Shown here: positions 28,901 to 36,623 of the stretch, piece after piece
Layout: each line of letters begins with the position of its first letter
How positions within the stretch are numbered: the stretch's first letter is position 1
Assembly: GCA_963737115.1 (NCBI GenBank)
Contig: CAVTRM010000010.1
Location: 84,939-148,938 of the forward strand
Direction of reading: 5' to 3'
Source of the DNA: an uncultured Actinomycetota bacterium
Lineage (GTDB): Bacteria; Actinomycetota; Thermoleophilia; Solirubrobacterales; Solirubrobacteraceae
Length of the DNA: 64,000 nucleotides
Notes under the pieces: generated by a model
Database searches by the model: none
What the model saw: only the letters and a program-made list of their open reading frames with translations
Told to the model about the DNA's origin: nothing
Position numbers and translations under genes: made by a program

Positions 28901-31900
28901 TGTTGTTCAGCGAGCCGGCGTCGACGTCAGCTTGCGTGGTCGTGTACGTCGCGGTGCAGGTCTCGGACTTGGTCGGAGCCAGTGACGTGTCCGGGCAGGT
29001 GATCGCAGACAGACCCTTCATCGGGTCGGTCACGGTCACCGGATTCAGCGTCACGTTGCCGGTATTGGTCACCAGGTACGAGTACGTCACCGAGGTGTTC
29101 GGAGCCGAGTACGACGCGATGCTGGCCGACTTCACGAGCGTGATCGCCGGTGACTGTGTCGCCGGAATCGTCAGCGAGGACTGCGCGGTGACCTGGACGT
29201 TGGCCGGGCTCAGACCGGTCACGGTGCCGGTGTTGTTCAGCGACCCGGCGTCGACATCAGCCTGCGTCGTGGTGTAGGTCGCGGTGCAGGTCTCGTTGTC
29301 GCCGACGTCGAGCGTGGTGCTCGGGCAGTTCACTGCGGAAAGTCCGGGCATCGGATCGGTGACGGTCACGTTGTGCAGCGTCACGTTGCCGGTGTTGGTC
29401 ACCAGGTAGGAGTACGTGACCGGCGTGTTCGGAGCCGAGTACGACTGGATGTTGGCCGACTTCACGATCGTGATCGCTTGGTTCTGCTCGGCTTGCACGA
29501 CCGCCGTCGAGGGCGGTGAGGTGTAAGGAGCGTTGCTGGGCGTGCTGCCGGTCGCCACCGCGGAGTCGTCGATCGAACCGTTGTTGAGGTCGGCCTGCGT
29601 CACCGTGTAGGTGGCTGTGAAGGTCGCCTCATCACCGGGAGCCATCGAGCTGACGACGGATTTCCCGGATGCGGTGGTGCAGCTGCCTGAACCCAGAACG
29701 ATCGTCTGGCAGGTCGGGCCGGAGGTCAACGCGCCGGCGGGCGCGTCCTGTGTATCGGTGACGCCAACGCCGTGCATCGTGACGTTGCCGTTGTTGGTCA
29801 CCGTGAACGTGTAGGTGACCGTGGCTCCGACCGTCGAGACCGTCGTCGGTGACGGCGTCTTGACAATCAACAGGCTCGGGCTCTGGACCGCGGGGATCGA
29901 GACCGAGGACTGGGCGCTCACCTGTACGTTGGCGGGGCTCAGCCCGGTCGCGGTGCCGGTGTTGTTCAGCGAGCCGGCATCGACATCAGCCTGGGTGGTG
30001 GTGTAGGTCGCCGTGCATGTCTCGGACTTGGTCGGAGCCAACGACGAGTTCGGGCATTGGATCGCGGAGAGGCCCGGCATCGGATCGGTGACATTCACGC
30101 TGTGCAACGTCACGTTGCCGGTATTGGTCACCAGGTACGAGTAGGTGATGCTGGTGCCTGCGGCCGAGTACGACGCGACCGAGGCTGTCTTCAGCAGCGT
30201 GATCGCGGGGCCCTGCGTCGCGGTCACCACAGCGGTAGAGGGCGCCGAGGTGTAGGTGCCTCCCGCGGGAAGCGTGCCGGTGGACACTGCCGAGTCGTTG
30301 ATCGTGCCGTTGTCCAGGTCGGCCTGGGTGACGGTGTAGGTAGCGGTGAAGGTGGCTTGGTCACCGGGCGCCATGCTCGACACCACCGACTTACCAGCGG
30401 AGGTCGTGCAGGTGCCGCTACCGGTCACGATTGTGTGGCAGGTCGGTCCGCTGGTCAGCGCGCCCGCGGGCGCGGTCTGGGTGTCGGTGACGCCGACGTT
30501 CGTCATCGTCACGTTCCCGGTGTTCTTCACCGTGAAGGTGTAAGTCACGACGCTGCCGACGGTGCTCACGGTCATCGGTGAGGCCGACTTCAGGATCGAC
30601 AGGCCCGGAGTCTGCGTCGCCGGGATGTGCCAGGAGGACTGCGCTGTGACCTGGGTGTTGTTGGGGCTCAGGCCCGAAGCGGTACCGGTGTTGCTGAGTC
30701 CGCCGGCGTTGACGTCGGCCTGGGTTGTCGTGTACGCAGCCGTGCAGGTCTCGGAGATCCCTGGCGCGAGCGTGCTCGACGGGCAGCTGACGGCGGAAAG
30801 TCCGGGCATCGGATCGGTGACGCCGACGTTGTGCAGCGTCACGTTGCCGTTGTTGGTAACGACATACGAGTAGGTGATCGGAACACCGGGAGCCGAGAAC
30901 GAGGGCACGTTCGCAGACTTCACGATCTCGATCGACGGAGTACGCGTCGCGGTCACAACCGCCGTAGACGGTGGCGACGTGTAGGTGCCGCCGCCTGGCG
31001 GAGTACCTGTGGAGACGGCCGAATCGTTGATCGAGCCGTTGTCGAGATCGGCCTGCGTGACCTTGTAGGTTGCGGTGAAGGTCGCCTCATCACCTGGTGC
31101 CATCGAGCTGACGACGGACTTGCCCGAGGCGGTGGTGCAGGTGCCCGAACCGGTGACGATCGTCGAGCAGGTCGGGCCCGAGGCGAGCCCACCAGCCGGC
31201 GCCGTTTGGGTATCGGTGATACCGACGTTGGTGAGCGTCTGGTTCCCGGTGTTCTTCACGTCGAACGTGTAGGTCACGGTGCTGCCGACGGTGCTCACAA
31301 CGGTGGGCGACGCTGACTTTACGACCGACAGCGCAGGCGTCTGCGTCACAGTCACGGTCGCCGTGGAGGGCGTGCTGGTGATGTTCGGCGGCTGGCCGTT
31401 GGTGGTCGTCGGCGGCGTGCCGGTCGCGGTCGCGGTGTTGTTGATCGAGCCGGCGTTGAGATCCGCCTGCGTGACCTTGTAGGTCGCGGTGCAGGTCTCG
31501 AAGGCGCCGACTGCAAGCGTCGAAGACGGGCACTGAATCGCGGACAGGCCGGCGTGCGCATCGTTGACCGTGATACCGCTGAGCGGGACGCTGCCGGTGT
31601 TGGTGACCAGGTACGAGTAGGTAACCGTCTGGCCAACTGTTGAAACCACTGTCGGCGACGCGGACTTCGCGATCGTGATCGCCGGGTTCTGCGGCGTGTT
31701 GCTGAACGTACAGGTGATTGCCGGCGGGTTTGCGGTGTTGGTTGGAACCGTGAGCGTGAAGGACGCACTGGTCCCTGTGCTCGTCACCGCGCTGGGTGTC
31801 AGCGTGTCGTTGGTGTTGGCCGAATCCGTACAGGCTGCTGTCGTGTTGTACTGCGTCAGCAGGCCGGTGCTACCTGACGCCATCGACTCGGTGAAGGTGT

Positions 31901-33035
31901 AGGTGGTTCCCGCGAACCCGATTACCGGACCGGCCAACGGCGTCTGCAGCCCGCTACCGGTGCTGGTCGTCGTGGCGGTGTTGCCGCTCGAGAGTCCCCC
32001 GCCGGTGATCGACAGATTGAACTGATCGTTCGCAGCGACGCGACCGTTGGGCAGATTCTTCTGCAGCTGCACGGTCGGAGGCGACGCGCACGACCCGAGG
32101 TCGACGCCGGCGGACACGTTGCTGATCACGGTCGGGCCGGCGACCAGCGCACCTGTGTTCGGGTTGATCTTCTTGATGTAGGTGGAGTTACCCGATGTGT
32201 ACTCGAGGTAGAGGTAGCCGTCGCTGTCGTAGGCGATGCCGTTGTAGGCGTTTCCGCCCGACGCAAAGCTCGAGATCTGCGTTCCGGTCAGTGACGGCGG
32301 GGTGCCGCTCGGGGCCGTGCTCGGCACGTTCGCGGCGGGGATCACGCTGACGAACGAGTTGTTGGCACTCTGACCGTTCAGGTAGTACAGGTTGCCGGCG
32401 TTATCGAACGCGAGGTCACCGTTCTGACCGGCGGTGCCGGTGCCTGGCAGGTTGAAGGTGGCAATCGGGCCGCTACCGACCGGCTTGTCGGTCGTGATGT
32501 TGAACGCGAACAGGCTCGCGCCGCCGGTTCCGACGCCGGTGAAGGTCGCGTAGTAGAAGAGGTTGTTGGCCGGGTCCACGGCGCCGGCCACGATGTTGCC
32601 GTTGTTGCCGCCGCTGGGAGCTCCGGTGTAGGTGGTCCAGGTGTTGGTGGATGCCTGCCAGCCGTAGACGCTGGTGGTGTTCCCGCTGCCGCCCTGCTCG
32701 ACTGCCCAGATCGACGCACCGTTGGGGCCGACGCCGAACCCGTTGGGTGTGGTGCCCGGCATCGACGCGACGGAAGTGCCGGTGATACTCGTGCCTCCGA
32801 CCGAGGCGGTCGGCAGCGAGAACACGCCGGAGCTGTTACCGCCGCCACCGCGGGACAGCGAGAAAATTGTGGTCCCGGTACAGGACAGGTTCGGAACTCC
32901 GGCCGCGTCTGCCTTGGTCGCACCAAACACGGATTCGCCGCCGATCACGAACAACGTTGCGATCGCGGCCAGCAAAAGTCCCAACAGGGCGCGCCGCCCA
33001 GCGCGCCCTGTGATTACGGGAAGCACACTCATCAC
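25926..33035 (-). CDS. Giant secreted repeat surface protein/adhesin (N-terminal propeller-like domain plus 15 DUF11-type repeats)
   Basis: Signal peptide; repeats I.I.K(S/T)...G..VTY.(Y/F).V.N.GNVTL..V.VTD...TATY..TQAD...G...(N/D); T/S-rich. Confidence 0.9.
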   Translation of the reverse strand: MMSVLPVITGRAGRRALLGLLLAAIATLFVIGGESVFGATKADAAGVPNLSCTGTTIFSLSRGGGGNSSGVFSLPTASVGGTSITGTSVASMPGTTPNGFGVGPNGASIWAVEQGGSGNTTSVYGWQASTNTWTTYTGAPSGGNNGNIVAGAVDPANNLFYYATFTGVGTGGASLFAFNITTDKPVGSGPIATFNLPGTGTAGQNGDLAFDNAGNLYYLNGQSANNSFVSVIPAANVPSTAPSGTPPSLTGTQISSFASGGNAYNGIAYDSDGYLYLEYTSGNSTYIKKINPNTGALVAGPTVISNVSAGVDLGSCASPPTVQLQKNLPNGRVAANDQFNLSITGGGLSSGNTATTTSTGSGLQTPLAGPVIGFAGTTYTFTESMASGSTGLLTQYNTTAACTDSANTNDTLTPSAVTSTGTSASFTLTVPTNTANPPAITCTFSNTPQNPAITIAKSASPTVVSTVGQTVTYSYLVTNTGSVPLSGITVNDAHAGLSAIQCPSSTLAVGAFETCTATYKVTQADLNAGSINNTATATGTPPTTTNGQPPNITSTPSTATVTVTQTPALSVVKSASPTVVSTVGSTVTYTFDVKNTGNQTLTNVGITDTQTAPAGGLASGPTCSTIVTGSGTCTTASGKSVVSSMAPGDEATFTATYKVTQADLDNGSINDSAVSTGTPPGGGTYTSPPSTAVVTATRTPSIEIVKSANVPSFSAPGVPITYSYVVTNNGNVTLHNVGVTDPMPGLSAVSCPSSTLAPGISETCTAAYTTTQADVNAGGLSNTGTASGLSPNNTQVTAQSSWHIPATQTPGLSILKSASPMTVSTVGSVVTYTFTVKNTGNVTMTNVGVTDTQTAPAGALTSGPTCHTIVTGSGTCTTSAGKSVVSSMAPGDQATFTATYTVTQADLDNGTINDSAVSTGTLPAGGTYTSAPSTAVVTATQGPAITLLKTASVASYSAAGTSITYSYLVTNTGNVTLHSVNVTDPMPGLSAIQCPNSSLAPTKSETCTATYTTTQADVDAGSLNNTGTATGLSPANVQVSAQSSVSIPAVQSPSLLIVKTPSPTTVSTVGATVTYTFTVTNNGNVTMHGVGVTDTQDAPAGALTSGPTCQTIVLGSGSCTTASGKSVVSSMAPGDEATFTATYTVTQADLNNGSIDDSAVATGSTPSNAPYTSPPSTAVVQAEQNQAITIVKSANIQSYSAPNTPVTYSYLVTNTGNVTLHNVTVTDPMPGLSAVNCPSTTLDVGDNETCTATYTTTQADVDAGSLNNTGTVTGLSPANVQVTAQSSLTIPATQSPAITLVKSASIASYSAPNTSVTYSYLVTNTGNVTLNPVTVTDPMKGLSAITCPDTSLAPTKSETCTATYTTTQADVDAGSLNNTGTATGTPPSGPNVTAQSSVSIPATQSAGLTITKTPSPTSVSTVGQTVTYTFDVKNSGNVTLTDVGVTDTQAAPAGALTSGPTCATIVSGSGSCTTASGKSVVSSMAPGDEATFTATYTVTQADLDHGSIHDSAVATGTTPSGGSETSQPATATVTATQSPAITLTKSASVASYSAPNTAITYYYLVTNTGNVTLDPVTVTDPMSGLSAITCPDTSLAPTKSETCTASYTTTQADVDAGSLNNTGTATGTPPSGNNVTAQSSVSIPASQTPGLTITKTPSPATVSAVGATVTYTFTVTNSGNVTMSNVGVTDTQQAPAGSLTSGPTCQTIDTGSGTCTSSNGESVVSSMAPGDKATFTATYTVTQADLDNGEIDDSAVATGTEPDNSSYTSDPATAKVTANQNPAITIKKSANLPSYSAANTIVTYSYLVTNTGNVTLHNVNVTDPMTGLSAVTCPDATLAPGANETCTATYSTTQADVDHGSISNTGTAHGTSPSGVNVTDQSSLTIPATQNPGLTIHKTAAPLEVTHVGQLVTYTFDVTNTGNETLTNVGVTDTQLTPGDKLATPPTCTTIVTGSGSCATASGQSIVTSMAPGDEAIFQATYVVNQTDMDNGVIKDSSVATGTTPQGDPEVSPPSTAAVTDNSDPAIQIVKSANVKSYSAAGQKVTYSYKVTNSGNVTLHTVKVTDPMKGLSKVSCPHTTLAPNASMTCTAHYTTTKADLTAGALHNTGTATGLSPNGQQVTARARLTIPEAAIKLVKSANVKLVTHAGQKVTYSYKVTNTGRSTLNPVVVTDPMRGLSKISCPKTQLAAGQSETCTATYTTTKSDLGRKTVNNTGTATGTKLGGGTVKATSSVKIPVANPVTKTFEVDTWHIKTQAAANRVTRSVTLPNFRYNALAWTWETSYGKSVFSGKYQVLRIKLNAGSSKAAWMAAVNRAITTPGVGKVRTTAPLKRIPAGTTTIAWSVPKNGWLLDRPHAGRAPHVYFASSR

Positions 33036-33067
33036 AGTCCCCCTGACTGCCCCGGCAACCTATAAAC

Positions 33068-33547
33068 CTAAGACGCCGCGACGCCGCGCAGAACGCAGCT
33101 GGTGCCGGGCGCTGTCGTGAACTTGGCCGTCAAATGCCAAGCTGTCTTCACGCCAGGTTTCGCGGATACGGACGTATGGCCATAACCGATCACGGTGGCC
33201 TGTTTGTCGATGAAGAAGACGGTGATCCTGTAGTCGGAGCTCTTGCTGAGCCCGCTCTTGATCTCGCCGCCGGCGGTCCCGCCGCCGGTAGCCGCCGAAC
33301 AGCTGCTCATCGTGACGTACTTGCGATCAGCGACTGCGTTCGGAACCTTGCTCGGGACCGACGCGGCAATCTTGCTATGAACAGCCTTCAGCGTCTGCTT
33401 GTCGAGCTTCGCCGGCTTCTCGACTTTGGCGTTGGGCGCGTCCTTGGCGCCGTTGCCGCCCGAAGTACTTGCGCCAGACCCACCACACCCGGCTATCGCC
33501 GCGGCGGTAACGATCACAGCCCCTGCAGTAAGAACATGCTTGTTCAT
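33068..33547 (-). CDS. Hypothetical lipoprotein upstream of the adhesin
   Basis: MNKHVLTAGAVIVTAAAIAG-C lipobox; GGAG RBS; C-terminal beta-rich domain with two Cys; 32 bp from the adhesin start. Confidence 0.75.
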   Translation of the reverse strand: MNKHVLTAGAVIVTAAAIAGCGGSGASTSGGNGAKDAPNAKVEKPAKLDKQTLKAVHSKIAASVPSKVPNAVADRKYVTMSSCSAATGGGTAGGEIKSGLSKSSDYRITVFFIDKQATVIGYGHTSVSAKPGVKTAWHLTAKFTTAPGTSCVLRGVAAS

Positions 33548-33767
33548 TCGTCTCGTCTCCGATTCGACGGCCACTCCGTGAGCTGTCTCAATTATCGCTC
33601 TCAGCAGCCGTATGCCAACCCCAATGTGCAACATAACCTACGAGCGGCCGTCTCCCTCGCGTTTACATGCCGTCCCGCGGACGTCCCAGTCGATCGCGAC
33701 GAGCCGTCGCCGCACAGGGTCCGGCAGCGGGTCGAATTGAGAGCGAGGCTCTACGATTCGAGACACG

Positions 33768-34487
33768 ATGAGCGATCAGAAGCCGACGGCCACAGACGCC
33801 GAAGAGGAGTATCTGCAGTCCCTGTTCTGGCTCTATGAGGCAGGCCTGCCGATGACCGCCGCGAACCTCTCGCGCGCCATGCAGCTGTCTGCACCGACCG
33901 TCTCCGAAATGGTGGGGCGCCTGGAGCGGGACGGCTACATCACACGCGGAGGTAACCGCATGATTTCCTTCACCGAATCCGGGCGCGCGGATGCCGAGCG
34001 GATCGTCAGCCGCCACCGCATGATCGAACGTTTTCTGACGGACGTGGTAGGCGTCCCGTGGGACGACGTGCATGAAGAGGCCGAGCACCTCGAGCACGCA
34101 ATGACACCCCGCTTCGAGGCGTATGTGCGAGCGTCGGTCGGTGATGCGGCCACCTGCCCGCATGGCCACCCAATCAAGCTCGGCGAGCGGATCGCGGGCG
34201 TCCCGCTCGGGGATTGCTCGCCCGGTGCGAAGGTGAAGATCCTGCGCTTCGAGAATGAGGCGGAGGATCTCCTGCACTACCTGAAGAACGCCGGAGTTGA
34301 ACCTGGACTTGAGGGTGAGGTTGTGCTGAAGGACGCCGCTCACATCACGGTCGCGTTCCCCGCTGCGCAAGCCGAGCTGACGATCAGTGTGGCCGAGACC
34401 GTGTCGGTACAGGCGGACCCGTCACCGCCGGCACGAATCGGCCTTCCCGATCAGCTCGTGATCTCCCAGCATCGCTACGGACGCTAG
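33768..34487 (+). CDS. DtxR/MntR-family metal-dependent regulator with FeoA-like C-terminal domain
   Basis: EEYLQ, SAPTVSEMV.RL, RHRMIERFL, HEEAEHLEHA, TCPHGHPI. Confidence 0.93.
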   Translation: MSDQKPTATDAEEEYLQSLFWLYEAGLPMTAANLSRAMQLSAPTVSEMVGRLERDGYITRGGNRMISFTESGRADAERIVSRHRMIERFLTDVVGVPWDDVHEEAEHLEHAMTPRFEAYVRASVGDAATCPHGHPIKLGERIAGVPLGDCSPGAKVKILRFENEAEDLLHYLKNAGVEPGLEGEVVLKDAAHITVAFPAAQAELTISVAETVSVQADPSPPARIGLPDQLVISQHRYGR

Positions 34488-34609
34488 ACCGCATGCGACG
34501 GTCCAGTTCCCGGTCGGTGATCACCGAGTTGTTGCGCCGCGGTCCAGGCCGACTGCTCGCCGAGCCCCTGGCGTTCATCAACGTCAACGCATAAACAGCC
34601 GGCGGTGGG

Positions 34610-34636
34610 TGTAAGAAGTACCGAGCTCGCGCGTCT
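34610..34636 (+). promoter_or_regulatory. Candidate ECF sigma promoter (TGTAAGAA-N14-CGTCT)
   Basis: The identical motif with identical spacing recurs at 36316-36342; CGTC -10 is typical of ECF promoters; lies upstream of an ECF gene. Confidence 0.65.
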
Positions 34637-34640
34637 GTAA

Positions 34641-34791
34641 TGAGAGGCACTGCGGACATGATCCCCCGGTCATCGGGTCCCGGCGTCTCGCGGCGGCAAA
34701 CCCTGGGATTGAGACCTGACCCCAACGTCTCCTTCTCGGGCCGGTCGTCGTGAGGTAGCTGTGGGCGGGAACTGGACCTCCCGCCCACGGC
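34641..34791 (+). ncRNA. Candidate three-hairpin sRNA / structured leader A
   Basis: Manually folded hairpins 34642-89 (loop CCCCCG), 34690-751 (loop CTGACCCCAAC) and 34758-91; G-U pairs favour the + strand. Confidence 0.45.
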
Positions 34792-34866
34792 AACCCATCC
34801 GACAAGCGGCCAGACAGAGAGAATCGCAACGATCAGCGACTAGCCGGGGAGAGGTAGCGTTTTACG

Positions 34867-36312
34867 GTGTTTGAAGGCGGCCAACCACGAGCGAGAAGCG
34901 GCGACGACGCGGACCTGGTCCGCGCCGCTCAGGACGGCAGCCACGATGCCGCCAGGTTGCTGTTCGCCAGCTATCAGGAGCAGATGTATCGCCAAGCGCG
35001 TCACGCCACCGGGTCCGTGGCCGAGGCCGACGAGGTCGTTGCGGCAGCCTGCGCTAAGGCGTGGGTTAGGTTGCCGTCGCTGAAAGACCCGGACCGGTTC
35101 GGCGCGTGGATCTCGACGATTCTGCGGAACTGTGTCGTGGACGAACAACGCGCGCGGCAGCGCGCGGTCCCTGTCGCTGACGTTCCCGACACGCGCGTCG
35201 AGGAGATCACAGTACTGGACCGCATAGAGCGCGAGCGAATGGCGGCCGCGATTCCTGAGGCGCTCGCCGCCTTGTCGCCGCGTGATCGCGAGGTCCTTGC
35301 CCGCCTAGCGGTATCGCATGACAGCGTTGATGCTGTCGCGTCGGATCTCGAACTGACCCCGAATCACGTCTACCAGGTCTTTCACCGCGCTCGTAAACGG
35401 ATGCGGGTCGCTTACCTGCTCGCGCTCCAGGAACGCGACATCCAGCCGGTGTGCCGGGCGTGTGTAAAGCGTATGCCGAAATACGTGTCGGGCGAAGCGT
35501 CGGCGGCCTCCCGGGCGGCGGTCGACGGGCACCTCGACGGTTGCGAAGCCTGTCGCAAGCGGCTCGCGGCGATGAGGGACGATTACGTGTCCGCGCGCGG
35601 TTTGTTCGCGCTTCCACTCCCATTCATGCTGATCGGCGTGATCGCCAAGACGGGTGCTCGAGCGGTTGCGGGGATGGTGGCTCGTACCCGGATCGCGGTG
35701 TTGCACGGCACCAAAGCGATCGGTATCAGCGGGCCGGCGGCCGTGACCGGCGGCGTCGCCGTCGCAGGCATCGCCGCAGCAGGCCTGGCCTATGGTCTCA
35801 ACGCCCCCGGCCAAGCGGTCGTGCATCACGACCGGCCCCAACCCGGGCCCGCCGCGATCACGTCGAACCGGCCGACCCAGGTAATCGCAACTTTGCACCA
35901 TGCGCACCAGGGTCTGCCGGCAGATTCCGCACGAGACACAACCCACCTTCAGCGCCAAGCGGCTCGAGCAGCTGCCGCGCCACAAACGCCAACCACGACG
36001 GCAGTCGCGCCGCCATTGTCGACACCGCGCACGACACCACCGTCACGGGCTCCAGCGACGCCGAGGATCGGCTCTGCGGGGATCCACAAGATCGCACGCG
36101 TGATCCAACCCCCGACGACGACCGGGGCAAAGCTGCTGCATAGCGATCCCGGACGAACACCCGGCGGTAGCGGCAGCCCGAAAACACGGTCACCTGCCCG
36201 CAACTGCACTACCACGACGTGCCACAGCCCGACAATCGCCGGCGGCACCACCCCCGGCGGTCACGAACACCCCGGCACGACCGCCACAGCGCGCGCACCA
36301 ACATCACCCTGA
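34867..36312 (+). CDS. ECF sigma factor fused to a zinc-binding anti-sigma (ZAS) domain, TM segment and Pro/Thr-rich tail
   Basis: Sigma2 (DADLVRAAQDG...AF-type, FGAWISTILRN), sigma4 (LSPRDREVL...HRARKRMR), C...HLDGCEAC (HxxxCxxC), hydrophobic segment, P/T-rich C-terminus. Confidence 0.88.
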   Translation: MFEGGQPRARSGDDADLVRAAQDGSHDAARLLFASYQEQMYRQARHATGSVAEADEVVAAACAKAWVRLPSLKDPDRFGAWISTILRNCVVDEQRARQRAVPVADVPDTRVEEITVLDRIERERMAAAIPEALAALSPRDREVLARLAVSHDSVDAVASDLELTPNHVYQVFHRARKRMRVAYLLALQERDIQPVCRACVKRMPKYVSGEASAASRAAVDGHLDGCEACRKRLAAMRDDYVSARGLFALPLPFMLIGVIAKTGARAVAGMVARTRIAVLHGTKAIGISGPAAVTGGVAVAGIAAAGLAYGLNAPGQAVVHHDRPQPGPAAITSNRPTQVIATLHHAHQGLPADSARDTTHLQRQAARAAAAPQTPTTTAVAPPLSTPRTTPPSRAPATPRIGSAGIHKIARVIQPPTTTGAKLLHSDPGRTPGGSGSPKTRSPARNCTTTTCHSPTIAGGTTPGGHEHPGTTATARAPTSP

Positions 36313-36315
36313 CCC

Positions 36316-36342
36316 TGTAAGAACCAGTCGCTCCAACCGTCT
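36316..36342 (+). promoter_or_regulatory. Candidate ECF sigma promoter (TGTAAGAA-N14-CGTCT), second copy
   Basis: Exact repeat of the 34610 motif, 3 nt after the sigma stop codon; no sizeable + strand ORF follows. Confidence 0.65.
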
Positions 36343-36348
36343 TAACCA

Positions 36349-36481
36349 TGAGACGTTCCGGCTCCCTTCAGCCGGGAGTCTTGTAGACGGCGAACTCCGT
36401 CGGGGAGGCGCCTCCTAGCCCGCTTCGGAGCAAGCAGTCTACGTCCTGCGGGCGGGGCGAAGATCCAGCCCCCGCCCGCAG
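36349..36481 (+). ncRNA. Candidate three-hairpin sRNA B
   Basis: Hairpins 36349-83 (loop CCCTTC), 36383-442 (apical CCTCCT) and 36446-81 (12-bp GC stem); a further long hairpin lies at 36491-36554. Confidence 0.5.
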
Positions 36482-36623
36482 AACACCACGGCTATCGGGA
36501 GGCGGCGACTTCACTGCCCTAAAGGACAGGGCCCTCTCGCCGCTTCCCGACAGCTGCCCCGGTCTTGACTTCTCGCTCTGACGTCCCGTCCGTGTTCCAC
36601 TCGCTCGAAACACCAGGAGACGC

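Noticed and set aside
26320..31690. Long DNA repeats as a possible CRISPR array or DGR template
   Set aside because: The repeats are in-frame protein domains of over 300 bp; no spacers, cas genes or reverse transcriptase.
34691..34730. GGCAAACC suggesting a c-di-GMP-I riboswitch
   Set aside because: No GAAA tetraloop, GACGCAAAG linker or receptor stem follows.
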